A stretch of DNA of 64,000 bases, taken from Paramoeba atlantica. Its lineage: Eukaryota > Protista > Discosea. This document shows positions 21,407-32,687 of this stretch, one piece after another (the stretch's first letter is position 1; every line of letters starts with the position of its first letter). Location: positions 124,001 through 188,000 of the forward strand of contig CDRNVI010000071.1 of assembly GCA_977017575.1 (NCBI GenBank). Reading direction: 5' to 3'. Position numbers and translations under genes: made by a program. The notes under the pieces are model-generated. The model was not told the DNA's origin. It saw only the letters and a program-made list of their open reading frames with translations, and made no database searches.

Positions 21407-23089
21407 CAGGGGGGGTCACGAAATATACACCTGCAACGAGTGTGCAAAAGCGAATAGGAATTTCGCTTTCAAAATCGGAAATTTTGACCTTGTCGGACCC
21501 CTCCTGCGCGTACCAGGGGGGGGGGTGGAAAATTATCGCCTCGGCCTACTCTACCACTTCCCCGCGCTCGATTTTGAAAAGCAAAAAATTCGATTTTTTT
21601 TTTGCGACGTATGCCCTCCCCCCTGGCCCTCCCCTAGACCCCCCATTTTTTTGATTTTTTTTTTTCAGTTTTGGACCACCGGGGACCCCTTTTATATTTT
21701 ATTCTTTTATTATATTACTGTGTTCCTCTTTATATTTTCACTGTTTTTGTTCACTTTTTTTCAATAATCGAGGGTAGAGCGGTACTCCCCCTCTCATTAA
21801 TAATTATAATTATAATTTATGAACTTTTTTAGTTTATAATTATAATTATAGTTCATAAATATTAATGAGATCCGATAAGTGATATTTTCATATTATGGAC
21901 TTCAAATTCTTGATTTCCGAGACACTTCATTCGACTTAGAAGCAATTTTTAGTGCAAAGTATGTGGTACATGTGTCTTTCTAGATAAAAAATGAAGAATT
22001 TGAGGTTTATAATTAGAAAAGTGAGACTCAGAATTATAATCTCATTAAATTTCTATAATCGAACCCTTCAATGATTTTTGGAGGTTTATAATTATTAATG
22101 AGAGTGGGAGTAGTTATACAACCACCAGCAAAGGTTTCAGATGCTCCCGTCGCGCTCTGATACGTTCCCTCAAGAAGGAGGGTATCATATCCCGCACAGT
22201 CCCCCGAAACCCTGCACTCACAAAGGAGCACAAAAGGAAACGAGTAGAGCTATGTCAGGAGTTGGCAACATGGACCCCTGCTCAGCTTGAGGCTATCGTC
22301 TGGACAGACGAGAAAAAATTTACTTTCGGGGTCAGCCGCAAAATTACCTACCTTTGCCGTCGTTCAGACCCCCCAAAGGAGCACGCCGGTGAGCGGGAAA
22401 AGTGGTTGGGGGGTGATGGTATTATGGTGTGGATGGGGGTCAGCATTAAGCACGGTTTCTTTTTTCATGAATTCCCTAATAACGATCAACAGGGTAATAA
22501 AATTTCAGTGAATGGGGACCTTTTCAAAAAACTATGCTACAACGTAACGGTTTCTTATCTTTTTTACGAAGACATCGGAGGGCAGTCGTTGCTATGGATA
22601 ATTGTACAATTCACAATAGCACTCGTCGTGCCTTTAATGATGAAGGAGTGAAGATGTTGTGTTGGCCACCCAAATCCCCAGATTTAAACCCAATAGAAAA
22701 CATTTGGGGAATAATGGACGAGCATAAAAACGCGCTTTGTCCAACGAATCGTGAAGATTTGAGACAAGCGATCGCTTCTGGGGTCGAAAAATTAAAGGGG
22801 GAGCAATACGATGTATTTTTGAGAACTTTAAAGAGTGTTCCAACGCGTGTGAAAATTGTGTTGGAGAAAAAAGGTGGAAATTGTGGATACTAACTTTTTT
22901 TTTACCAGAAAAAAAACTTGAAGTTGCCCTATTTACGGTATTCAGGAGAATGCATATACCTGGAAACTACGTAAAACGTAATATCACATGACATGTAACT
23001 CTGCGAGAGCTCTCGAATGCGCTATTATTTTCCAAAATTGGCCGAGTTATAAGAATTTTGACCCCCCCATATTTTCGTGCACCCCCCTG
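21407..23089 (+). mobile_element. Tc1-like transposon (DD32E) with nested insertions and a frameshifted transposase
   Basis: TA|CAGGGGGGGTCACGAAATAT...ATATTTTCGTGCACCCCCCTG|TA; WTDEK, DNCTIH and WPPKSPDLNPIENIW motifs. Confidence 0.85.
21785..22110. mobile_element. 326-bp TA-targeting MITE inserted in the family A palindrome
   Basis: 25-bp TIR CTCCC(C/A)CTCTCATTAATAATTATAA; TA TSD; removal restores GCGGTAGTTATACAACCACC. Confidence 0.9.
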
Positions 23090-23321
23090 TATGTAGCAAC
23101 ATGGTGGCGCATTCCACATTGCACGAGGAATGCCAGTCGCTCTATTCCTCGCCCAGGCGGCTTTCTGCTCCCTGATATTCCAGTCACAGGGCGCATAAAA
23201 ATTTTGCTTGAAAAATAAAAATGTCAGTTTTAATCTAAAATAGATTAACCGTAACTAGGTAAAAACCGTAATTAAGGGCAACCGTAATTAAGTAACGCCC
23301 GGTAACCCGGGGAACGATATA

Positions 23322-23965
23322 AACCCCCCACAGCGAAAAGTCACCCCCCTCTAACTTTGTGGTACCCAATTGTGCCCCCTGGCCGCGGAGTGTTTGTTTT
23401 GTTAAATTAGTGTGGTATGACGATGCAAAAAAATAGAACCTAAAAATAATTTTCTTTTTCAGTTTCTAAAATGATCTAAAAATGGTGGGAACGTGTAGAT
23501 CTCAGAATTTTGAACGAGAAAATGATATCTTAACCCCCTTAGGCCCCTTCAAGCAAAAAGTAAAGGGGACAGCTTAAAAAAGTTAATTTATCACTGTTTC
23601 AAGAAAGAACCAATCAAAGAAAAATATTCCACCACGTGACAAATTGCATGTTTGTTATCTGTTTTTGATCATTTTTGTTGCAATCGAGAGATCTCGTTCC
23701 CCTAGCGAAGATCTGTGACACCATTTTCATGTTGACCCCCTTCTCCCCCCCTGGTCGAGGAACATGAGATTTTTCAGTTAATATTGGCATGACTATGTAA
23801 AAACGTCCTTAAAAAAATGAGTTTTAATTTGTTATCTGTGAAGAGGTCTAAAAACAGCGGGAACGTGCAGATCTCAAAATTTTGAACGAAAAAGTGGTGC
23901 CGCAACCCCCCTAAGCCTCGTTGTACAAAAAAAAGAGGGGGGTGACTTATTCGCTGTGGGGGGTT
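23322..23965. mobile_element. MITE I
   Basis: TA|AACCCCCCACAGCGAA...TTCGCTGTGGGGGGTT|TA; internal AGCGGGAACGTGCAGATCTCAAAATTTTGAACG also at ~39320, ~62030 and ~63780. Confidence 0.8.
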
Positions 23966-24345
23966 TATTATTTAAATCACCATTTAAATGAGGGGCTGCG
24001 GGTGCTGTGTCAGCACGGTTTCGCGCGGTTTCGGTACGGTTTCGCACGGTTTCGCCGCGGTTTCGCGCGGTTTCGGAGAGATCCGAACGCCTTCTCTACA
24101 TAAAGGTGGGATGTATCGGTGCGGCCTCAGTGCGGTCTCGTTTGGTGTGGTGCGGCCTCAGTGCGGTCTCGGCCAATCTTCCTTGCGTCATATTTCAACA
24201 ATTGCGTAGAAAAAATCTGAGTTAAGATTGTATTGGATCAAAGGATAATCAAAAGCAAATGTGTGTACATTTTTTATGTTCTAACCAAGATTCATACTTT
24301 TTTTTATGAAATATCGGTAGTGCGGTAATCTAGAAAACGTGAACA

Positions 24346-25344
24346 TTATGACTTACCCGGTTTTTTAGGGTCGTACGCCACGTTATGGATATGCTCCTTA
24401 AGCCAGTCTCTGCGGGCTTTTGTACACTCAACCATACCGCACCCTTTACTACACAAACACTCATCCTCATCACTTTTAGGTTTTAAACTTGAATATATCA
24501 TAGAATCAAAATCATACTGCGGCTTGTTAGCCAGCAGACCGTACGTTACTACAGATACAATTTGAAGGGCGTCTCGGACCCAAGGAATATCATGGTCAGT
24601 ACCATGAAAAAAACGAAACCTGTCAAAATGAGCAAAACATCGCTCAATTCGAGACCGAATCAATGAAATTCTTTGGTTAAGCTGCTTTTGCGATTTGGTC
24701 AGACCACGGCCAATTTTTTTATAGGGTACAAGGCAGTGTGCACAACCAATGTACCCTAAATCAGCCAAAAAAAGTTCATCCTTGTGGTGATCAAATACAG
24801 GAGTACGATGCACACTCGTACTTTGGTAAATTTTCGCATCGTGGATGCTACCAACAATGGGTCCCCGAAAAAAAATTGGAATCCCAGCCAACGTCAGCCA
24901 AAACTCTACCTTAAAGCAGTGCTGGCGATGCTTTCCAGAGTAGGTGCTGTCTCGGGAACAGAGTTCTCCCGATGTCTTGTCCCGTACTTCTTTTGGCTTT
25001 CGTGTACGACACGGAATTGTCGTGACGTCGAGCATGCAAGTAACATCAGGGAGCCAGGCGATTGCTTGAGTAAAACGAAGGTTGGGGTCCATGAGGTTGG
25101 GTGAGCGGCACAGCTGTGCGACACGAGCGAAATCTTGTCAGAGAGTCCGGATAGAAACTGAAGGGGTGTCTGACGGGAGCCAGGATCTCTGAACTTCGTA
25201 TAGCTGTTCCCATGTGCAGTTGAGAGCACAGATGCGTAAAGAAGACTGGACACGACGGTGATCAGTCTCTGTGACATCGGAGCCATGTACTCGCTTGAGC
25301 TCGTTATAGAACTCCCGTACCTGTACCGCCGAGATGCCAAACAT
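24346..25344 (-). pseudogene. DDE_Tnp_4-type transposase with a single in-frame TGA at 25140-25138
   Basis: LDVTTI, YSGKH, GSIHDAKI, ADLGY and RSRIERCF motifs; the 25344 and 25092 ORFs are in frame. Confidence 0.8.
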
Positions 25345-25544
25345 ATTCAGAAAGAGTGAAATGAAGAAAAGAAAAATAAAGACACGAAAAAACAAATTTA
25401 TTATTGAATTTATTAAATATTCCTTAGAATTAAATTTATACTAGGTAAATTTATACTTCTAGAATCGGAAGAGATGAGAACTTAACTCAATGGACTTACT
25501 TCGCTTACTTAACACTTATCAACTTAACTTCATCACTTCACTTA

Positions 25545-26186
25545 TTAAAGACGTGGAAATGAGACAATTCGATCAGAGGTTTGAATGCTTTCCGCCCGGT
25601 AGTATGTGCCGGATGGAGTCTCGGAACGTCCTGGCGCTTCGACAGAACGCTCCTCCTGTGAACGGATGTTAGTGTTTTTCCGCTGGAGACGCCAGTTTGC
25701 ACAACAACGCGAGCGTTTTCCGGAAACAGAACGCCAAAGACTTTCCACAAAGTCAGCAACTTCGCTTGAACGCCGCGGAGCAAACAAAGGGTTTTGTTCA
25801 AGGAACGACCCAAGATCTTGACCTGCCTCCTCCACAAAGTAGATCGCGCGCGATCGAACATCTTGCAAAAGATGTCCACGGCGATCAATGATGTGGAGAA
25901 GTGCACGCTCTAGGAGCTTTGGCGTGACTTCGATTCCACACACAGTACGTCCTCCGTGCAAAAAAGAATCCATAGTTCGTTGTACACGATCCAAGATTTC
26001 TTCGATCTTAGCACCGAGCTCCTCCTCAGTGATTGTAAGCGCAGGAGGTGTGAACACAGACACTCGTTTCGTATAATTTCTCTTTGTTGAAGCCAGTACA
26101 GCCTTGTAGATGGCTTCTTCTGTTTCACTCGCCGAGGGACTCGAGATTCTTTCCATGAGCGCTTCGTTGCTATCTATTTGGGACAT
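25545..26186 (-). CDS. Accessory ORF of the PHIS element, 213 aa, unknown function
   Basis: ATG-initiated ORF inside the TIRs, upstream of the transposase. Confidence 0.55.
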   Translation of the reverse strand: MSQIDSNEALMERISSPSASETEEAIYKAVLASTKRNYTKRVSVFTPPALTITEEELGAKIEEILDRVQRTMDSFLHGGRTVCGIEVTPKLLERALLHIIDRRGHLLQDVRSRAIYFVEEAGQDLGSFLEQNPLFAPRRSSEVADFVESLWRSVSGKRSRCCANWRLQRKNTNIRSQEERSVEAPGRSETPSGTYYRAESIQTSDRIVSFPRL

Positions 26187-27134
26187 AATGTGTTTGAAAA
26201 AAATATGATAATTTAAGAAAATCAGAAAGATAAATAAGTTGAATCCAGTAGTTCGAAAAAAATCATTCGCAACACATTATACATGTATTATTGCACTTCC
26301 ACTCATACCCTAAACGCCTTGAAAAAATAAAAAATCAAGTATTTATTCTGCAAGCTACTATCCACCGAGGCCTCGGAGGGTCAAATGTAAACCGCGGTTT
26401 CGCGCGGCTTCGGCACGGTTTCGCACGGCACCACCCGCAGCCCCTCAAATAATGTAGTGTCATTTAAATATTATAGCGTTATTAAATAATATACTGTTGC
26501 CCGGGTTAAACGATTTTGTCGACTGACTTTTTCGGAGATTGTGGACTTTTATGTCGGAGGCGGGGGTATATTAAACCAGAGTGGACACCATAATATACTC
26601 CCACGGGTATAGTACGAGGGTGTACACACTGTAGATATGGTAAACTGGACGGTGGTTTAAGGGTAAATTGCAAGCAAATGGGAAAATGATTCTCCAGCAC
26701 CTTTGTATCAACCCTACTACCACTACGTTTTGCTCGTGTGAACCCAAAGCTTAAACTTCTTACGAAAATTTCGAAGCAAACCCATATCTAGCGGAGGCCT
26801 CTTCCTATTTCTCGGCACCGTTTCCCCCCTCCTTTCCCCCTTTTCCTCACCCCCCCCCCCTGTATCTTGGGAACCTCTTCCAAAAGCTGTCGCTCCCTCG
26901 GAATCACCACCGCATAGTGCAGATACAAATGCCCCTGCTTCACCCCCCTCGCACCACCACACTCACAAACAAATAGTGCGCTACTGTGTTCAGGAATGCT
27001 TATTTCAGAAGCGCCGCTGCACGCATTTCTAGAAATCCCTTGCTGCAGAATTAAAGACAAAGATTAACCGATGATCTAGAGAGCATTTATCAGTAATGTA
27101 CGCTTCTGTCGGCATGTACCATTTTCGAATGCCT

Positions 27135-27929
27135 TTAAAATTCCTCCCCGTTGGATTCCTGCCACGTTCCTTTTTCCCTCCGCGGCCCAAACACACGCCT
27201 TTCCTCCGCACCCTCCTCCCTCTCCCTAAGCCCCTCCTCCGCACTCCTCCTCACACTCTCCATTTCCCTCATCTCCTGCGCAAGAAACAAAAACACCCCC
27301 GGGTTCTTCCGCACACACCTCTCCACAAACCCCACCTCCCTTCCCAACCTCTCCCCCACAAACCGCCACATGGCGGGATCCCCCCCCACCGCCCTCTCCA
27401 CCACCTCCGCATCCTCCCGCAGCTCCTGCGCCACATAGGGCAGCACCGCCGCGTGCCCCCGCCCCACCAGCGCGAGCACAAACCCCCTGTCCGCCCGTAG
27501 CCCCCCCGAGGCGTGCTGGAACGCGCACGGGCGGGCGCCCACCGCCGCGGCCACGACGCTGCGGTGGGCCCGGAGCCGCCGCGAGACGTGCCGCAGCGCC
27601 ATGCCGTCGCGGCGGACGGCAGCGAGGGCGAGGGCGTCGTCGTCGCGGAGGGGCTCGGGGGCGTACCGCAGCGCGTGGCCGTGCTGGGCGACGGCGTAGC
27701 GCACGACGGGGGGGGAGGCGCGGAGGGGGGCGGGGAGCTCGCGGAGACGCCACCCGGCGCCGTGGAGGGCGGCGCGGAGCTGGGTGGCGTTGGGGGGGTC
27801 GTGGAGGGGGTGGGTGGTGGTGGCGTGGTGGAGGAGGGAGGCGGGGTCGAGGGCGGGGGTGGGGGGAGGGGGGAGGAGGAGGAGGAGGAGGAGGGAGGGG
27901 GGTGGGTGGGGAGTCGGTGGGTGGGACAT
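27135..27929 (-). CDS. DUF4116-repeat protein
   Basis: Repeats such as LRYAPEPLRDDDALALAAV and LREDAEVVERAV. Confidence 0.75.
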   Translation of the reverse strand: MSHPPTPHPPPSLLLLLLLPPPPTPALDPASLLHHATTTHPLHDPPNATQLRAALHGAGWRLRELPAPLRASPPVVRYAVAQHGHALRYAPEPLRDDDALALAAVRRDGMALRHVSRRLRAHRSVVAAAVGARPCAFQHASGGLRADRGFVLALVGRGHAAVLPYVAQELREDAEVVERAVGGDPAMWRFVGERLGREVGFVERCVRKNPGVFLFLAQEMREMESVRRSAEEGLREREEGAEERRVFGPRREKGTWQESNGEEF

Positions 27930-28021
27930 GGAAAGGGGTGAGGGGGGTTGTGAGAAAAAGGGGATTATGGTAAAATGTGAGAGTGTGGGAGGAAGTTATT
28001 TCACTAAAAAGAGTAAGAAAA

Positions 28022-28340
28022 GGTCCGGTTTAGCGTACCCCGGTATGGTAATTTGTTTGGATAAAATGTTAAAAAAGTGATTACCAGCAAAAATTACCAG
28101 TAAGGGTTAATAATAGCACCAATAGAAATCATAGAAAAGAAAGAAAGCGTTAAATAGTAAAGAAAACAAATGGATAATGCTCTATAGAGTTGTGATCTAC
28201 GTGATGTACGTGGGCCACCTCGAACAAGAAGTCGACATCACACCTTCTCTGCCTGAAAAACCAGGGGGGGGGGTATGCTATCGACCTTGGGTCACGATAC
28301 CATACCCCCCCGGTAGGTCACAGGTATGCTAAACCGGACC
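28022..28340. mobile_element. MITE L
   Basis: GGTCCGGTTTAGCGTACC...GGTATGCTAAACCGGACC; no TSD resolved. Confidence 0.6.
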
Positions 28341-28836
28341 CCCATTTAGCTCTTATGGATGTAGTCAGTCAGTATCAGCCAGTGATAACCCATGTCAGTT
28401 CGTGTGAGCTAGAGTTGCAAAACACTGGCTAACGGGGCTTCCGCGTTTTTTTGAAAAGTAATTTTTTCGAAAGAAAAATGCTCGCCCATGGATCTCCAAT
28501 TTAGTCATTTTTTTTCGATTTTGGACCACCGAGACCCCTTCATGTGGGATCATGCGACACAAAATCATTTCCCAGAATGCGAATAAAAGAGTGCAAATAA
28601 AAGAATACAAATAAAGAGTACGAATAAAAATCTTGTCGACAAATATTTGAATCCCATGAGAAACTTCTTCAAGAAGTTCATAGGTGAGGTTAGTGTTCAC
28701 AGTGCTCAATCGAGATCGCACAGCCTCCGGGAGCAAGCTTATTTTTACCACACCAGAAAGCTCAACATTGTTACTCAAATCAAGGCTGAAAAGTAGAGGA
28801 AGGCACGTCAGGTCTTCGAATTATTGTCTTCGAGGT

Positions 28837-29449
28837 TATGATCATACGCTCGTGGCGCAGAGATACGTCTCTCTGTGTGACGGCCGATACCATCAGCGCA
28901 TGACCCGCATACGACGGGTGTCACACAGAGAGTGGAGTGCGAGGTAGGAGACGAGTCGCCCATCGGTCATGCTACAGCACGTATAGCCATGGTTCATGCT
29001 GCAACACGGTCAAGCCGTGGGTTCATGCTGTCAGATGGTCTATCGTGGATCATGATGCATCATGGGGAGGTCCGTTACCGCCGCACTCGCTACAGCATGT
29101 AGGGAGAGAGGGGTGCAAGTTCGCATCCCCTATACACGCATACAACGTGTCCTCCCGCTGTAGCACGCCCAGTGGTCCTCAAAGGAGGCCACCATGGCGC
29201 ATAGCTCCCGGGAGAAGAAAGCACGAGAAGTAGAGAGCCGGGGAGGGAAGAAAGCTCACTCGAAGAGAGCGAGCCGGGGAGGGGTGAAGAGTGCGAAGTG
29301 CGTCCCCTACTTCCGCGACAAAGAGGGACAGTTCCAGCTAGCCGTCAGCCGGAAACGGGCATTTAAAAGTAAGAATATGCCCGTTTCCGGGAAAAGAAAG
29401 GAAGGGCTAGCAAAATGTACCAACAAGGTACAGAAACTGTATCTTTATT
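28837..29449 (-). mobile_element. SL-exon-headed family B element, 613 bp
   Basis: Minus strand starts AATAAAGATACAGTTTCTGTACCTTGTTG|GTACATTTTG; inserted at T|A with no TSD. Confidence 0.85.
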
Positions 29450-29577
29450 ACAGTTGCAGCAAATTCCTTGGAAGCAGCGTTAAATCTAAAGCTCCTACCA
29501 AAAAATTACGTCCGACTGAAAGACATTCCATTGATAAAGGAAGAAGCGTCAGACAAATATTCCCTGTGAATCTATTA

Positions 29578-30493
29578 AACCACCGTCCGGGTTATTATAC
29601 CTAGGAGGTATAATAAGTGTCCCTAGGTATAATAAGTGTCCCTAGGTATAATAACTTTGCTTTGCAAAAAGGATAAAAAAAATTTCGCGCCGCTTCGCGG
29701 CGCGTTCTTCTTCACATTGCCCACAACAAGTTATGATCCATTTGTAAGTTTCCCTCGCGCGCCTGGGGAAACGTGTGCGAGTGGGGGGGTAAGATTGTTT
29801 TCTGGGGGGTCAGGGGTAAAAGAATATGAAATGCCACGAATACATGTATTTTCGTGGTTACTATACCCCAACTGATCAAAATTCTTGACAATGGATGTAA
29901 TGCAAACAGATAGTGGCAGACGGTGACAGATGGTGGCAGACAAAACCATACACTTCTGCAGTACATCCAATGTCAATCTGATTTCTTGGTAATTTTCCCT
30001 CATCAAACGCAACATTAAAATTTACGCGCAGTGAGTGGAAAAGATTGCTGCGACAACAAAGAGCATGCACCAGCATGCTTTTACGTGTCCAGGAGATGAA
30101 TTAACCCTTTCGGAGTGTATATGTTTGGGCGATCGTCCGTAATCCCGTCTTTGTGGCATAAATCAGGGGGGGGATCAGAAAAATTGTAAAAAATGCAAGA
30201 TTTTGTCTACCAAAAAACAATGTGATCTATGTGCATTCGAAAATCCAAACGCAGATTACGTGCCTGCACGTTCATGAGCCCTGTTCGAGTGCTCTCGAAT
30301 GCGCTATAACTTTCCAAAATGGGCCAAGTTTTACAAATTTTAGTCCCCTCCCACATCAAAGTTTACTGTCCTGTAAGTTCTGCACCCGCCTCTGAAGGTA
30401 GGGGGCGGGAGGTATAATAAGGACCCTAGGGACACTTATTATACCTAGGAGGTACAATAGGTGTCCCTAGGTATAATAACCCGGACGGTGGTT
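29578..30493. mobile_element. MITE K, 916 bp, containing a Tc1-type end fragment
   Basis: TA|AACCACCGTCCGGGTTATTATACCTAGG...CCTAGGTATAATAACCCGGACGGTGGTT|TA. Confidence 0.9.
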
Positions 30494-31213
30494 TATTATT
30501 TAAGTGCAATGTAGTGATTAAATTTGGAAGAGAAGTCAAATCCAATCCCTCACTAAACATATTCAAAGAAAGATTCAATATTTCAAGCTTCGGAGGAAGC
30601 CTGTCCAGTGGTGCTTCATTTATTAATACATTTTCCTCAACGTTGAGAATCTCAAGTGTTTGAGGAAGGTGCAAAAAGTTTAGAGAACCACACATTTCGT
30701 ATTGCTCCCAGTGAATTTCGAGAAATTTTGCCTAGTTCGTTGCAAAACACGCCGATCCATTCACAAGCAGGAGTGTTCGTGTTCCAAGATGGAAAGTAAG
30801 CCTTGGTTACATCCTTAACAAAATTTTCAAGCTCGTATTCTTGTGGCACAATGGCGCAACTGACCTTTGCAGTTTGTAAAGAAGGATTTATTTCAGAAGC
30901 CTCCACCAGAAAAGATACATGTACGTTCATTTGCAGAACTTAGAAAATCTAGAATTAAACCATTTAGTAAACAAATTGATTTTCAGTGTTTGCAGGAAAG
31001 GTAAACCACAAACCTACATGAAAAAACACCAACTTCGAATTTCATTGACACTTGTTCTATAAAAAAGAAGTCAAGTAAAGTAGCAAAAAAAGAACACTGC
31101 AAGCAAGAAGTGAGCATATTCATGGCAAGATTTATGTAGCAACAATGTTTAAAAACCTAAAAAAATATTGTATTCCACAAGCTTAAGTGCGCTATTCACA
31201 ATGAATTGTACTA

Positions 31214-32551
31214 CTAGCTGTATGAATCCTCTGTTTTTAGATCCATCAATCGTTTGGTAGCCTTTAGAAGTGACTCATAATCGACATCTAATTCAGATTT
31301 TGAACTGGATTGTGTCGATGTATCTTCGGTACTTAAGTCATTTAAATCAGAAACGAAGGTTCGGTGCATAGAATGTGTCGTGCACCTCTCGATCCAGTAT
31401 TGCCGCCTCTGTTCCGACATAGCCTCCCACTCTGCTCGATCCAACGAAGAATGTGGTGTACATTCCGCGTTTGCTGCGTATTCGCCCTTTCGACACTTAT
31501 TCGATGTAAGCGAGAGATCAGTTGTGACACAATCCTTTCTGTAATATTTCATGAACACTTGTACGGCTTGAAAAAGAGTTTCATCGTCCGTTGTGTTCCC
31601 CTGAACAGAGTCTCTGGTTTCAAAATATTTACGTGAGATCGAATCCATGCGCAACCACATGTCCCGAATACGTTCCAGCGTGGCGTTCAAATCCTTTATT
31701 GAGCTTCCTGAGTGACTTCCGTCGCTAATACTTGCGTGCAATTCCTGCATAAGAAACACAAGATAAGGTGTGAACTTCCGTGAAGAGGACTGGTGCTCGT
31801 TTGCGGTAGTGGCTAAAGGAGCTGTATAATATTTTCCGCTATTCTCATCATGTGTATGCAAAGAATACTCTTCAGAAATGTCAAATGAAGGCGCTTCTCT
31901 CGAATTTTGTTGCTGTACCGATTCTTTTGATGCAACGTACCGAATGGCGTGCTCCTTAAGAGATTTACGACGTGCAAGAGCCTCCTCTATGTTTCGTCCA
32001 AGAAGCTCTTCCCTGGGCAGAATAAAAAGTTCAAGTTTTCGTTGCTCACGGCGAGCAACTATCTCATCCTTCCAAAGCAATTTCGACCAGTTATCTTTAT
32101 GCCGATGCCCTTGTATTTGACGAACTTGTTTATGCATCTTTTTCCCTGTGTTGCTTCCCTTTTTTACCAATGGTATTCTAGGAAATATCTCATGCGTTTT
32201 CCCCTTTGAGTCTTCAGATGAGGTCATGAGAGAAGTCCCAAATTTCGATTGTACCGGGTGCTCCTTCGCAGAGTTCAAGATTGTTTCCTTTCTTGCATAA
32301 GCCCGTGCGGGACGAGAAAAAAATGATTCCTGTGCCTTAACACTGAGTGAAAAGTAAAGTTGGCATAATCTAGCTCTGTGTTGAAGTTGTGATTCGTCTG
32401 GATTTCGTCGAAGAAGGGGATTCTGTTTTCTGACAGAAGTAGCCACGACGTTGCTGTAGAAACGAGTGAAGGATGTATTTACTAGGCATTCAGAGGCAAC
32501 ATTTCCAAGAGCGTGGGCACAACAACGCATGATCTTAGTACCAAACATCAT
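31214..32551 (-). CDS. Putative mitochondrial protein with HMG-box-like segments, 445 aa
   Basis: Presequence-like N-terminus; KFTPYLVFL...IRDMWLRM...RKYFE and FMKYYRK...AEWEAMSEQRRQYW. Confidence 0.5.
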   Translation of the reverse strand: MMFGTKIMRCCAHALGNVASECLVNTSFTRFYSNVVATSVRKQNPLLRRNPDESQLQHRARLCQLYFSLSVKAQESFFSRPARAYARKETILNSAKEHPVQSKFGTSLMTSSEDSKGKTHEIFPRIPLVKKGSNTGKKMHKQVRQIQGHRHKDNWSKLLWKDEIVARREQRKLELFILPREELLGRNIEEALARRKSLKEHAIRYVASKESVQQQNSREAPSFDISEEYSLHTHDENSGKYYTAPLATTANEHQSSSRKFTPYLVFLMQELHASISDGSHSGSSIKDLNATLERIRDMWLRMDSISRKYFETRDSVQGNTTDDETLFQAVQVFMKYYRKDCVTTDLSLTSNKCRKGEYAANAECTPHSSLDRAEWEAMSEQRRQYWIERCTTHSMHRTFVSDLNDLSTEDTSTQSSSKSELDVDYESLLKATKRLMDLKTEDSYS

Positions 32552-32687
32552 GTAAAGCCATACAGTGTGTAAGATATACGAATGTACGGATAACTATTCC
32601 TGCGAAAAAAATTTAATAAAAAATGACGAAAAAAAGAAGGAAGCGGAACTCCCATAATACAATGTAGAAAATACTAAAAAAATAAAG

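Larger units (their letters stand above)
23990..26446 (-). mobile_element. PIF/Harbinger-IS5-like (PHIS) two-ORF transposon
   Basis: 15-bp perfect TIR GAGGGGCTGCGGGTG; AAAT on both flanks; CGGTTTCG subterminal repeats. Confidence 0.85.
28660..30930 (-). pseudogene. LRR family pseudogene split by MITE K and a family B insertion, with frameshifts
   Basis: VPQEYEL...TPACEWIGVFC; junctions restore TLHLNNNRFTG and LLQLYLEDNN. Confidence 0.8.

Noticed and set aside
17535-25140. In-frame TGA at probable Trp positions in the hAT and PHIS transposases, suggesting UGA=Trp recoding
   Set aside because: Host genes (RPC4, PABPN1, KREPA, H3) end in TGA, and other pseudogenes carry TAA or TAG; simple nonsense mutations suffice
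28860-28935. Hammerhead ribozyme in the family B terminus
   Set aside because: The CUGANGA and GAAA cores are not conserved across the three copies
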